DNA of 61,300 bases from Lachnospiraceae bacterium UBA3774 (lineage in GTDB: Bacteria; Bacillota; Clostridia; Lachnospirales; Lachnospiraceae). The DNA lies in the NCBI GenBank assembly GCA_002369255.1, contig DFFO01000104.1, positions 1 to 61,300 on the forward strand. The letters are read 5' to 3'. A model generated the notes under the pieces. The model was not told the DNA's origin, searched no databases, and saw only the letters and a list, made by a program, of their open reading frames with translations. Both the position numbers and the translations under genes were made by a program. This document shows, piece after piece, positions 28,427-37,799 of the stretch (its first letter is position 1; the number at the start of each line of letters is the position of its first letter).

Positions 28427-30566
28427 ACTTTTGAAAAAAATGACCCTTCGTCAAAAAATAGGACAGCTTACGCAATACAATGCGAGGCTGTTTTTGAATG
28501 ACGATTCATATATCACAGGCCCCGACAAAAAGCTGAACCTTTCCGAAGAAGATATCATGCTGACCGGAAGCGTTCTCAATTTTTTCAGCGCGGGCGACAT
28601 GAAAAAAATACAAAAAAAACACCTTGAAAACGACCCTCTCGGCATTCCCGTCATATTTATGCTCGACGTGATACACGGCTACAGAACGATCTATCCGATC
28701 CCGCTGGGGCTGTCGTGCTCGTTTGATCCGGAGCTTGCAAAAAGCTGTGCGTCGATGGCGGCAAAGGAAGCCGCGGCCTCGGGAGTTCAGGTGACTTTTG
28801 CTCCTATGGCTGACTATGTAAGAGACGCGCGCTGGGGACGGATCATGGAAAGCGGCGGCGAAGAACCGCTTTTGAGCGGTATGATGGCGGCCGCGCAAGT
28901 AAGAGGCTTCCAGGGTGAAGACCTGAAAGATAACGAAAAGCTTGCCGCGTGCGTAAAGCATTTTGCGGCATACGGGGCTTCTGAAAGCGGCAGGGATTAT
29001 AATCAGGCTGAATGCTCTGTGCGCGAGCTTTATGATTATTATCTTCCGGCTTATAAAGCCGCGATAGACGCGGGGGCAAAGCTTGTAATGCCGGCTTTTC
29101 AGTCGCTCAACGGAGTCCCCGCCACGATAAATCCGTTCCTGTATAAAGTCCTTCGGGGGGAATGGGGCTTTGACGGCGTTGTGATCAGCGATTATAACGC
29201 AATAGGAGAATTGATAAAACACGGCGTTGCCGAAAATGAAAAAGAAGCTGCTGCAAAGGCTTTTAGCTGCGAGTGCGATATGGAAATGTGCTCGGCAACG
29301 TATATTCATTATCTAGAGGAGCTGATAAACGAAGGAGTTGTTTCCGAAAAACAGCTTGACAAGGCGGTTTATCGGGTTCTTGAATTAAAAAAGGAACTGG
29401 GACTTTTTGAAGATCCCTATCACGGCGCGGATGAAGAAAAAGCAGAAAAGCTGTATCTGTGTGAAGAACATAGAAAGCTTAGCCGCGCGGCGGCGGAAAA
29501 CAGCGCCGTACTGCTGAAAAATGACGGAGTTCTTCCGTTTGATAAAAACATCGGAAGCGTGGCAATCATAGGGCCTTTCGCCGACGAACACGGCATAAAC
29601 GGCTTTTGGAGCTGCGCCGGCAAAAACGAAGATACAGTCACCGTAAGAGAAGGAATAGAAGCGCTCCTCGGCAGAGGAAGAGTGCTATGCGCGAAGGGCT
29701 GCGGCTGTGAGTGGGACGATAAAGACAAAAGCGGTTTTGACGAGGCGGTTGCGCTCGCAAGGCGCGCAGATGCAGTGGTTCCGTGCCTCGGCGAGCCGCA
29801 AAACTACAGCGGAGAGGGAAACTGCCGCACGGATCTAAGACTTCCCGGCGTGCAGGAAGAGCTTGCCGCTCTTATCGCGTCCGCAAATCCCAATACCGCT
29901 GCGGTAATATTTAACGGGCGGCCGCTTGTGCTTTCGGCCATAGACGAATGCATACCGGCCATTCTTGATATGTGGTTTCCCGGTACGGAAGGCGGAAATG
30001 CCGCCGCAAGGCTCCTCTTCGGTCAGGCCAACCCTTGCGCAAAGCTGGCCGTAAGCTTTCCCCGCAGCACGGGTCAGGTACCCGTTTATTACAATCACAC
30101 CATGACTGCAAGGCCGCATTTTACGGAAAAACCGGAGCATAAGGGTTATACTTCGGATTATATTGATTGCGGAAACCTCCCGCTTTACAGTTTCGGGCAC
30201 GGCCTTTCCTATTCCCGTTTCGAATATATTCAAATGACGCTGTCCGGTACGGAATTAAAAGAAGACGGCGCGATTACGGTGAGCGTGAATATAAGAAACG
30301 CGTCGGACATTGACGGAAGCGAGGTCGTATGTCTTTATATGCGTGATCCCGTTGCAAGCGTAGTACGGCCGGTACAGCAGCTTGTTGCGTTTGAAAAAAT
30401 ATCCGTAAAGGCCGGAGAGACTGCCAAAGCGGTACTTGAGGTTACGGGAGAGGCTGTTAAATTTACGGACGGGGAAGGAAACCGTATATTTGAAAAGGGA
30501 GAGATAGTTTTAATGGTTGGCTGCCCCGGGGCGTATCTCCTTAAAGAAAGTATAAAAGCGGTTTAA
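28413..30566 (+). CDS. glycoside hydrolase family 3 beta-glucosidase-like enzyme
   Basis: GTG start 9 nt after GGAGG. N-terminal MTLRQKIGQL, nucleophile region GFDGVVISDY, and a C-terminal fibronectin-like domain. Confidence 0.8.
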   Translation: MEITELLKKMTLRQKIGQLTQYNARLFLNDDSYITGPDKKLNLSEEDIMLTGSVLNFFSAGDMKKIQKKHLENDPLGIPVIFMLDVIHGYRTIYPIPLGLSCSFDPELAKSCASMAAKEAAASGVQVTFAPMADYVRDARWGRIMESGGEEPLLSGMMAAAQVRGFQGEDLKDNEKLAACVKHFAAYGASESGRDYNQAECSVRELYDYYLPAYKAAIDAGAKLVMPAFQSLNGVPATINPFLYKVLRGEWGFDGVVISDYNAIGELIKHGVAENEKEAAAKAFSCECDMEMCSATYIHYLEELINEGVVSEKQLDKAVYRVLELKKELGLFEDPYHGADEEKAEKLYLCEEHRKLSRAAAENSAVLLKNDGVLPFDKNIGSVAIIGPFADEHGINGFWSCAGKNEDTVTVREGIEALLGRGRVLCAKGCGCEWDDKDKSGFDEAVALARRADAVVPCLGEPQNYSGEGNCRTDLRLPGVQEELAALIASANPNTAAVIFNGRPLVLSAIDECIPAILDMWFPGTEGGNAAARLLFGQANPCAKLAVSFPRSTGQVPVYYNHTMTARPHFTEKPEHKGYTSDYIDCGNLPLYSFGHGLSYSRFEYIQMTLSGTELKEDGAITVSVNIRNASDIDGSEVVCLYMRDPVASVVRPVQQLVAFEKISVKAGETAKAVLEVTGEAVKFTDGEGNRIFEKGEIVLMVGCPGAYLLKESIKAV

Positions 30567-30577
30567 ACGGAGGCATT

Positions 30578-31942
30578 ATGGATAAAAAAGTAATATCTGT
30601 TCTTGATACGGGAGCGGCCCCTGGCAGCGATATGGATCAGACAAAGGCCTTTCAGGCTGCTCTTGACAAAATATGGCAGCTCGGAGGAGGCGTTGTAGAG
30701 GTTCCTGCAGGCGCTTACCGGATATCGAGCATAAGACTGCGTTCAAACACGACGCTTTTTCTAAGATCCGGAGCGCTGCTTTCAGGCTCCCGCGATCCGG
30801 AAGACTACAATATTACAGAGACGGAAACGCTCGAGCCGCTTGATGAACAATGGCGCACTAAAAAGCTGTGGGAACCCTTTGTAAAGGGTCAAAAACGCTG
30901 CTATGATTTTATGAAGCCGGGCAGCAGGTGGAACAATGCCATGATCCGCGCCATTGGCGCAAAGAATATATCGGTGCGCGCGGAAGAGGGCGCCGTCATC
31001 GACGGACGCGACTGTTATGACGAGCTTGGAGAAGAGCGTTACCGCGGGCCTCACGGGATCAGCGTTCATCATTGCGAAAACGTGTCGTTTTCGGGATATA
31101 CCATAAAAAACACCGGAAACTGGGCGCATTGTATTTTCGACACAAAAGGCATAATGATGGAGCACGTAACCGTTCTTGCCGGTCACGACGGCATACATAT
31201 GACTACCTGCAGCGATATTCATATCAAGGACAGTGAATTTTATACAGGAGATGACTGCATTGCGGGCTTTTCCAACGTAAATACCCTTGTAGAAAACTGC
31301 ATATGCAATACGGCGTGTTCCGGAATGCGTTTCGGAGGAACAAACGCACTGATAAGAAGCTGCCGGTTTTTCGGCCCCGCAAGATACTTTTTCCGTGGAA
31401 GTCTGAGCTTGGAAGAGAAGAAAAACGGCGCGCAGGCGCACATGCCGCACCGCACAAACATGCTTTCGGTATTTACTTATTATGCGGATTTTTCAGTTGA
31501 TATTCCGCTTGAGCCGGGAAACATTCTTTTAAAAGACTGCAGCGTAACGAATGTGGACAGGCTGCTGCATTTTAATTTCTCCGGAAATGAAAGATGGCAG
31601 TCGCACAGGCCGCTCAGATCCATCGCCTTTGAAAATATAGACGCAAAAGGGATAGGAATGCCGCTTACCGCCTATGGAAGCGCGGACGAGCCGCTTTCTT
31701 TGGAAATCAGGGACTGCAGGGTCGGCTTTCGCGAGGAAGTCGGGGAAACAGCGTTTCTTCATACGGCAAATTTTGAAAAGATAGTGCTTGAAAATCTTGC
31801 GATAGATAAAAAATGGGACGCTCCGCTCATCAAAACGTGGACAAAAGGAGGCGAGCTTGTTTTGAAAAACGTAAGCTGCCCCCTTCCCAAAGACGATCAA
31901 ATACTTTTTACGCAGGAACCTTTTGTCTGCAGAGCGTTTTAA
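30578..31942 (+). CDS. right-handed beta-helix glycoside hydrolase, GH28-like
   Basis: N-terminal pectate-lyase-3-like segment DQTKAFQAALDK...GGGVVEVPAGAYRISSIRL, followed by GHDGIHMTTCSDIHIKDSEFYTGDDCIAGF (GH28 G.DG / GDDCIA pattern). Confidence 0.55.
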   Translation: MDKKVISVLDTGAAPGSDMDQTKAFQAALDKIWQLGGGVVEVPAGAYRISSIRLRSNTTLFLRSGALLSGSRDPEDYNITETETLEPLDEQWRTKKLWEPFVKGQKRCYDFMKPGSRWNNAMIRAIGAKNISVRAEEGAVIDGRDCYDELGEERYRGPHGISVHHCENVSFSGYTIKNTGNWAHCIFDTKGIMMEHVTVLAGHDGIHMTTCSDIHIKDSEFYTGDDCIAGFSNVNTLVENCICNTACSGMRFGGTNALIRSCRFFGPARYFFRGSLSLEEKKNGAQAHMPHRTNMLSVFTYYADFSVDIPLEPGNILLKDCSVTNVDRLLHFNFSGNERWQSHRPLRSIAFENIDAKGIGMPLTAYGSADEPLSLEIRDCRVGFREEVGETAFLHTANFEKIVLENLAIDKKWDAPLIKTWTKGGELVLKNVSCPLPKDDQILFTQEPFVCRAF

Positions 31943-33924
31943 TTTCGCTTTTTAACCGAATTATTTATCTCTTTAAGACCTCCGTCGAAAAACGCGGTAT
32001 CCGCGTATCTGCGGAGGTTTTCCAAACGGAAAGCGCACGGCCACGCCGGAAGCCACTGTGAAGGATATTGAGGCTTTACGCCGTAACGCCCCCAACGGGT
32101 ATGAAAATATGCCTCATCCTGAGAACCTGCGGGGCGAAGACGCCCGTTTACGTACATAGTCCCGTCGGAAATTCCCTGACAGGCGGCGCACCACATAGCT
32201 GCGGCCCGTTCTTTCCACTGAATATTCCCCGTCAATTCGTGAAGCTTTAAGAATGAAATGACATCTCGAAGCGCGTACTGGTCAAGCGCCTGATGGGGCG
32301 TGGATACGGAAGTGGATCCGAAAGTATCAAGTCCCATTTGTCCGAGAAGACTGTCCTTGGAAAAATCGACCGTACAATACATTATCCACGTACACAGATA
32401 ATATGCGGTTTTTACTGCGGCGTCCAGATAACGCTTGTTTTTTGTCAGCTCATACAGCGCGAGCGCGGATCTGAGCAGAGGACTTGAAGATTCCTTGTCT
32501 ATGCTGTGTGAATCCAGCGCGCCTGCAGTAGTATATCCGTCGCGCTCCAAAGCTCCGTAATAAAAATCAAACGCCTTTACCGCGCTTTCGAGGTATTTTT
32601 CATCCCCTGTCATTTCATAAGCCTTTGTCATCGGCAGAACAAGAAAACAGCCTACCGTGCCGGCTTTTACAAGTTCGTTTCCTTCATCATCCCACGACTT
32701 TGCATAACAGCCGTCCTCATATTGTCTTTGAACGGCAAAATCACACACGTCAAGGGCGGCTTTCAGATATTCGGGCTTTTTGATCCCTGCTTTTAACAGC
32801 AGATCATAAGCTTCAAAATACATCTCCGCGCCTGTCCCTTCGTTGCAGGCGTCGCAGGCAAGTCTTATCTGTCCGTCCGCAAAACGGCGGAATTTTTTCC
32901 CGGCGCGGTTACGGAATGATTCGTAGGATACTTCTCCGACTTCCCACATATCAGGGACGAAACCTTCCGGAAATTCCATATATCTCCAGTCGTCATAGTC
33001 CACCTGCGCCGATAAGTGTCCTGCGGGAAGCTTGCCAAATTTCAGCCAGGCATCAAGCGTTTCTATACCGATATCCAGCATCTCTTTGTTGCCGGTCTTC
33101 AGATAATCATATATAAATGCGTTTGCCATGGAACCGTTTTGCCCTACCCAGCCCATTTCGTAACGGTGCTCCGTTTTTTTGTACGAAGTGGTGCCAAGGT
33201 GCCATTGCGCGCCTTTTGTAAAGCCCGCAAATCCGTTTTTTTCTCTTTCAAAAAGGTATCTGCAAAACGCGATCGAGAGGCGATAGAGCTCGTCAGCCCG
33301 ATAAGGCGCTTTTAAAGGATGCCCGTAGTAGCGCCACGCGAAATCCAAAAGCCCTGCGTAGCGGTGCTTTGTGCCGTCCGAGGGTATGATCATAAGTATG
33401 GCTTCAAAGTCGCGCCTCGGGGCCATAACGCCCTCAAAAGCGTCCCCCCAGAAATGACGCTGCAGCGTGCGGGGTTTTTCTTCTTCCGGGAAAATGACCG
33501 CATGATGCAGCCCGTCCGGCTCCCTGTAGAGAGAGCAGGCTGTATTTGAATTGGCGTCGGCCATAAGCGCCACGCTTACCAAGGCATTTTCGCTGTAAGT
33601 ACAGGACGGGATCGTAGTGCGGTGCCAGGCAAAGGTCCAGGGCGTTCCGTCGGTATCGCGGTCTCCCAGATATTCCGGATAATTTCCCCAGCCATTGCCG
33701 TTGTAGCTGATGGCCGGTATCATGGTAAAATCCGCTTCGTCCGTAAGGATCGCTTCCATACGCATATGGTCTCTCTCTTCCTTTGCAATGCGGCTCCAGC
33801 GCCAGAAGCCGGGCTCTATTTCTTCAAAGCTGTCGGTGCAGCCCTCGTCGCAGACGATCTTTACTGCGGGCTTTTCGCCGGATAAAAATACTGTTTCGGT
33901 TGCAGTTTGTTTGAAAGATATCAT
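31939..33924 (-). CDS. hypothetical 661-aa cytoplasmic protein, possibly an alpha/alpha-barrel glycan-active enzyme
   Basis: Long ORF with no signal peptide, rich in W, Y and D (WHRTTIPSCTYSE, DYLKTGNKEMLDIG, YELTKNKRYLDAAVK). I do not recognise the family. The functional guess comes from composition and context only. Confidence 0.3.
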   Translation of the reverse strand: MISFKQTATETVFLSGEKPAVKIVCDEGCTDSFEEIEPGFWRWSRIAKEERDHMRMEAILTDEADFTMIPAISYNGNGWGNYPEYLGDRDTDGTPWTFAWHRTTIPSCTYSENALVSVALMADANSNTACSLYREPDGLHHAVIFPEEEKPRTLQRHFWGDAFEGVMAPRRDFEAILMIIPSDGTKHRYAGLLDFAWRYYGHPLKAPYRADELYRLSIAFCRYLFEREKNGFAGFTKGAQWHLGTTSYKKTEHRYEMGWVGQNGSMANAFIYDYLKTGNKEMLDIGIETLDAWLKFGKLPAGHLSAQVDYDDWRYMEFPEGFVPDMWEVGEVSYESFRNRAGKKFRRFADGQIRLACDACNEGTGAEMYFEAYDLLLKAGIKKPEYLKAALDVCDFAVQRQYEDGCYAKSWDDEGNELVKAGTVGCFLVLPMTKAYEMTGDEKYLESAVKAFDFYYGALERDGYTTAGALDSHSIDKESSSPLLRSALALYELTKNKRYLDAAVKTAYYLCTWIMYCTVDFSKDSLLGQMGLDTFGSTSVSTPHQALDQYALRDVISFLKLHELTGNIQWKERAAAMWCAACQGISDGTMYVNGRLRPAGSQDEAYFHTRWGRYGVKPQYPSQWLPAWPCAFRLENLRRYADTAFFDGGLKEINNSVKKRN

Positions 33925-33984
33925 TATTTCCTCCGAAATTGCTTTATTTAAGCCAATTTTGCCAAAGGTATTGTAACACGGTGA

Positions 33985-34012
33985 CTTTGATTTTTATCGT
34001 GCAAAATCAAAG
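33985..34012. promoter_or_regulatory. perfect 10-bp inverted repeat (candidate operator) in a divergent intergenic region
   Basis: CTTTGATTTT-tatcgtgc-AAAATCAAAG. The half-site AAAATCAAAG recurs at 36298-36307. Confidence 0.45.
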
Positions 34013-34113
34013 AACATTGAGGCAAAATTCATGAAAATCTTCAGGAATTGTTGCTGAAAAAGGTTAATAAAATTATTATATAGCAAAGAAACAATCATTG
34101 CAGGAGAAAAAAT

Positions 34114-35394
34114 TTGGAAATCGAAAGACTCTTAAAAGGCGTAAGCTGCAGCTGCGGTAAAAATCATACCTGCGACATCAGGTTTGTCTTCATCGAAGAG
34201 GATGCGGAAAAGCATCTTGAGATGATATGCTCGGATTTTGACAGGCTTTTGCTTGTCGCTGACGAAAATACTTATGCTGCCGCAGGCAGGCAGACTGAAG
34301 ACGCGCTTGCAAAGAAAATCACAAAAAAAGTCATCTTCCCCGGCTGCAAAGTGTTGATTCCGGACGAGAAGGCAGTAAGCAGGGTTGACGGTGAAGCAGA
34401 CGGATGCGGAATGATCGTTGCCATTGGCTCCGGAGTTATCCAGGACCTTTGCAAATATGTTTCTTTCAACCGGAATATTCCATATCTTATCGTTGCTACC
34501 GCGCCTTCAATGGACGGTTACGCTTCCGAAAATGCCGCGATGATCATGAAGGGAATGAAGGTTTCATATACCTGTCATATGCCTTATGCCATTGTAGCGG
34601 ATACTGCCGTTCTTGCAAAAGCTCCGATGGAAATGATACGGGCCGGAGCAGGCGATATTATCGGCAAATACTCCGCCTTAAACGACTGGGAACTCAGCAG
34701 ATGTGTAAACGACGAATACCTTTGCGAATTTGTATACGACGAGACTTATGAGCAGGTAGGAAGAGTGATAGGTCTTATCGACAAAATACTGGTCAGGGAC
34801 AAGGCTGCCGTCGGGGCGCTTATGCAGGCGCTTGTGATCGCAGGTATTATGATCAGCTTTGCCGGAACGTCGCGCCCGGCTTCAGGCAGCGAGCATCATC
34901 TTTCACACTTTTTTGAAATTACCGGACTTGTAAACGGAACAAAGTATTTCCCCCACGGAATAGATGTAGCTTATTCGACCGTAGTTACTGCGGCTATCAG
35001 AAAAAACATCCTGGCAAAGGCTTTTCCCGGGGAAGCGCACTTAGTAGGCAAAGACGAACGCAATAAGCAGATAAAGCGCATTTACGGCACTTCTGCAAAG
35101 GGCTGCATAGAACTTCAGGAAAAAACCGGCAATTATGATCGTGACCGGATGAAAAAATATACCGAAAAAGAAAAAGAGATCAGGGAGATACTTTCTAAAT
35201 GCCCGGATCCCGAAGAGATAAAAACGCTTCTTTCGCGTCTCGGACTTCCGATGGAAGATTTTTATAGTATGTACCCGGCAGGGCATATACGCGACGCGGT
35301 CAGATATGCGAAAGATTTAAAAGACCGGTACACTGTGCTTTGGATGAACTTTGACTTCAACGGCGGACAAGAACCGGAGATCGACAGCCTTTAA
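34114..35394 (+). CDS. sn-glycerol-1-phosphate dehydrogenase-like (AraM/EgsA family) iron-type dehydrogenase
   Basis: TTG start 7 nt after AGGAG. Motifs IGSGVIQDLCKYVS, ATAPSMDGYAS and GSEHHLSH are the patterns I associate with AraM/G1PDH in the DHQS-like fold. Confidence 0.65.
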   Translation: MEIERLLKGVSCSCGKNHTCDIRFVFIEEDAEKHLEMICSDFDRLLLVADENTYAAAGRQTEDALAKKITKKVIFPGCKVLIPDEKAVSRVDGEADGCGMIVAIGSGVIQDLCKYVSFNRNIPYLIVATAPSMDGYASENAAMIMKGMKVSYTCHMPYAIVADTAVLAKAPMEMIRAGAGDIIGKYSALNDWELSRCVNDEYLCEFVYDETYEQVGRVIGLIDKILVRDKAAVGALMQALVIAGIMISFAGTSRPASGSEHHLSHFFEITGLVNGTKYFPHGIDVAYSTVVTAAIRKNILAKAFPGEAHLVGKDERNKQIKRIYGTSAKGCIELQEKTGNYDRDRMKKYTEKEKEIREILSKCPDPEEIKTLLSRLGLPMEDFYSMYPAGHIRDAVRYAKDLKDRYTVLWMNFDFNGGQEPEIDSL

Positions 35395-36227
35395 AACCGC
35401 TTTCTGAATTCTCCGGGCGTAACTCCGGTCTCTCTGGTGAATGCGGTTATAAAGTAGTTGTAATCGGAAAATCCGCACAAGGCGGCGACTTTAGCGGTTG
35501 TGAGCGCCGGTGATTCCGCAAAAAGACGTTTTGCTTTTTCTATTCTGATAAAGCGGATATGCTTTGCGATTCCGCTGCCATAGAGACTTTCGGATATTTT
35601 GTACAGCTGGGATTTGCCGATGCCGAGACTCTGACAGATAGAACGGGCGGTCAGCGGCTCGCTGATATGTGTTTCGATATAATCGTCCAGCGTTGCGGCA
35701 AGGTCTTCGTTGGGAAGAGACACGAGCCGATCATACAAAACGTAGTACGAAACCGCCTGAAATATGCGTGAGGCGGACAGGACGTAATCTCTTGTAAAAA
35801 GAGGCCTTTCTCTGCAGGCCGCATCCAGCTCGCTATCGGGGAGCGAAAGCTTTTTGCAGCATTTTGCAACCGCGCGGCAGGCAGCGTCCGAGTCGGGATA
35901 TTCCATGATATTTCCGATGAGCAGATATCCGATATGGATGCTGTGGGAAAACAACGGGGCAACGACTTCGGTAAGACCGGCGTGGCAGCGGTAAACACGC
36001 ATTTCCTGCTGCTTTTTTGCGGCTTCACAGGCCCGGCGGTCGCAGCGCATGCAGGCCTCAAAACCTTCTTTTTTGGTGCGGATGAGCTGACATATCGGCG
36101 GAAGCCTGCGGGGATAAGCGACGAGCTCGTTCATCTCGGTATCGAAAACGGTGATACGGATTTTTGTGATTTTATGGAAATCCTTTAAAAGCAGGGACAG
36201 TTTTTCAATATCAAATGAGGGAACCAT
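35391..36227 (-). CDS. AraC-family regulator with N-terminal PocR-type sensory domain
   Basis: Start moved to ATG 36225-36227 (MVPSFDIEKL), preceded by GGAGA. PocR-like region ...ICQLIRTKKEGFEACMRCDRRACEAAKKQQEMRVYRCHAGLTEVVAPL. C-terminal HTH ...AALCGFSDYNYFITAFTRETGVTPGEFR. Confidence 0.75.
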   Translation of the reverse strand: MVPSFDIEKLSLLLKDFHKITKIRITVFDTEMNELVAYPRRLPPICQLIRTKKEGFEACMRCDRRACEAAKKQQEMRVYRCHAGLTEVVAPLFSHSIHIGYLLIGNIMEYPDSDAACRAVAKCCKKLSLPDSELDAACRERPLFTRDYVLSASRIFQAVSYYVLYDRLVSLPNEDLAATLDDYIETHISEPLTARSICQSLGIGKSQLYKISESLYGSGIAKHIRFIRIEKAKRLFAESPALTTAKVAALCGFSDYNYFITAFTRETGVTPGEFRKRF

Positions 36228-36260
36228 TTTTTCTCCATTCAGACATAAACAAAGTGATTG

Positions 36261-36307
36261 AAACAAAATCAGAGTAAATATTAACATAAGGCAAAACAAA
36301 ATCAAAG
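36261..36307 (+). promoter_or_regulatory. direct repeat AAACAAAATCA(G/A)AG x2, 33-bp period (candidate AraC operator)
   Basis: Copies lie at 36261-36274 and 36294-36307, between the divergent regulator (start 36227) and the isomerase operon (start 36396). Confidence 0.45.
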
Positions 36308-36395
36308 CGATTTTTTATACAAAAACAGACAAAAAAACTAACCGTCAAGACAGAAAAACGGTTGAATCAAATAATTATTGTTCGGAGGAATAAAA

Positions 36396-37799
36396 ATGAA
36401 TAAAAAAATGACTTTTGCGCTTGCTTTCTGCAACCGCGGCTTTATGCCGGGCGAGCTCATCTACGGGGCCAGAGACGATATGGTCAAGGCGGTCACAGCG
36501 GCCGGCTATGATTATATAATGATGGACGCGGACGCCACGAGGTACGGAGGCATCGAGACCCGCGATGAGGGACTCTTATATGCAAAGTGGCTCAAATCCC
36601 ATGAAGGCGAGTATGACGGAGTGATCTTTTCAATGCCTATCTTTGCGGACGAAAACGGTGCGATAACAGCCCTTCAGGACGCGGGCGTACCCATCCTGAT
36701 GCAGGCTTATCCTGACGAGATAGGAAAAATGGACTTTGCCCACAGGCGCGACGCCTACTGCGGAAAATTCTCCGTTACGGACGTCTTTACGCAATACGGA
36801 GTTCCTTTTACCGTAATGAAGCCGCACGTGGTTCATCCGCTCAGCGACGCGTTCCGGGAAAACCTGAGAGATTTTGCGGCTATCTGCCGCGTGGTCGGAG
36901 GAATGAAACGCTTCAACCTCGGCTGCATAGGCGCTCGCACGACGGCGTTTAAAACAGTGCGTTTTGATGAGATCGCTCTTCAGAAATACGGGATCAACGT
37001 AGAAAGCTTCGATCTTTCTGAAGTCTTTGACAAGATCGCGGCAAAGAAGGACGACGACGAGAAGGTCATAGCGAAGATCGACAGGCTGAAGGATTATACC
37101 GATTTTTCGGGAGTTCCCGAGAAAAATATGCTCAATCTCGGAAAACTTGCCGTAGTAATTGACGAATATATTGACGAATATCATCTTGACGCGCTTGCGC
37201 TTCGCTGCTGGAACGAAATGGAAAGCCATCTTCGCATCTGCCCCTGCGTAATCCTGAGTGAGCTGAATGACCGTGGCATCGTTGCGTCATGCGAGATCGA
37301 CATTTGTTCAGCCGTGAGCATGAGAGCGATGAGCCTTGCCACCTGTGGGGCTACGGCTGTTCTGGACTGGAACAACAACTATGGAGATGACGAGGACAAG
37401 GTCATCCTGTTCCATTGCGGCCCTGTGGCTCAGTCACTGATGACCTGCAAAGGCACCGTCACAAATCACAAGATGTTTGACAAGACGGATCCCGGCTCGG
37501 GCTGGGGCTGCAACGAGGGTCGTATAAAGCCCATGGATATTACCATTTCCAACTGCCAGACAAAGGACGGAAAGATCATTATTTATTCGTCTGAAGCACG
37601 TTTCACCGATGACGTTATAGAGGACGGCTTCTTCGGATGCGGCGGCGTAGCACAGGTTCCGGATCTGCAAAACAAGCTGATAAAGCTTGCCCGCGGCGGA
37701 TTTAAACACCATACTGCCGTTGCACAGGGGCATATTAAAGAGATATTAAAAGAAGCGTTTACTACTTATCTGCATTATGACTGGGTGGAAATAGACTGA
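36396..37799 (+). CDS. L-fucose isomerase-family sugar isomerase (short form)
   Basis: ATG 36396 after GGAGG. The ~467-aa protein has the FucI/AraA-like C-terminal pattern (GARTTAF, LRCWNE, CEIDI, FHCGP). Substrate is unknown. Confidence 0.6.
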   Translation: MNKKMTFALAFCNRGFMPGELIYGARDDMVKAVTAAGYDYIMMDADATRYGGIETRDEGLLYAKWLKSHEGEYDGVIFSMPIFADENGAITALQDAGVPILMQAYPDEIGKMDFAHRRDAYCGKFSVTDVFTQYGVPFTVMKPHVVHPLSDAFRENLRDFAAICRVVGGMKRFNLGCIGARTTAFKTVRFDEIALQKYGINVESFDLSEVFDKIAAKKDDDEKVIAKIDRLKDYTDFSGVPEKNMLNLGKLAVVIDEYIDEYHLDALALRCWNEMESHLRICPCVILSELNDRGIVASCEIDICSAVSMRAMSLATCGATAVLDWNNNYGDDEDKVILFHCGPVAQSLMTCKGTVTNHKMFDKTDPGSGWGCNEGRIKPMDITISNCQTKDGKIIIYSSEARFTDDVIEDGFFGCGGVAQVPDLQNKLIKLARGGFKHHTAVAQGHIKEILKEAFTTYLHYDWVEID

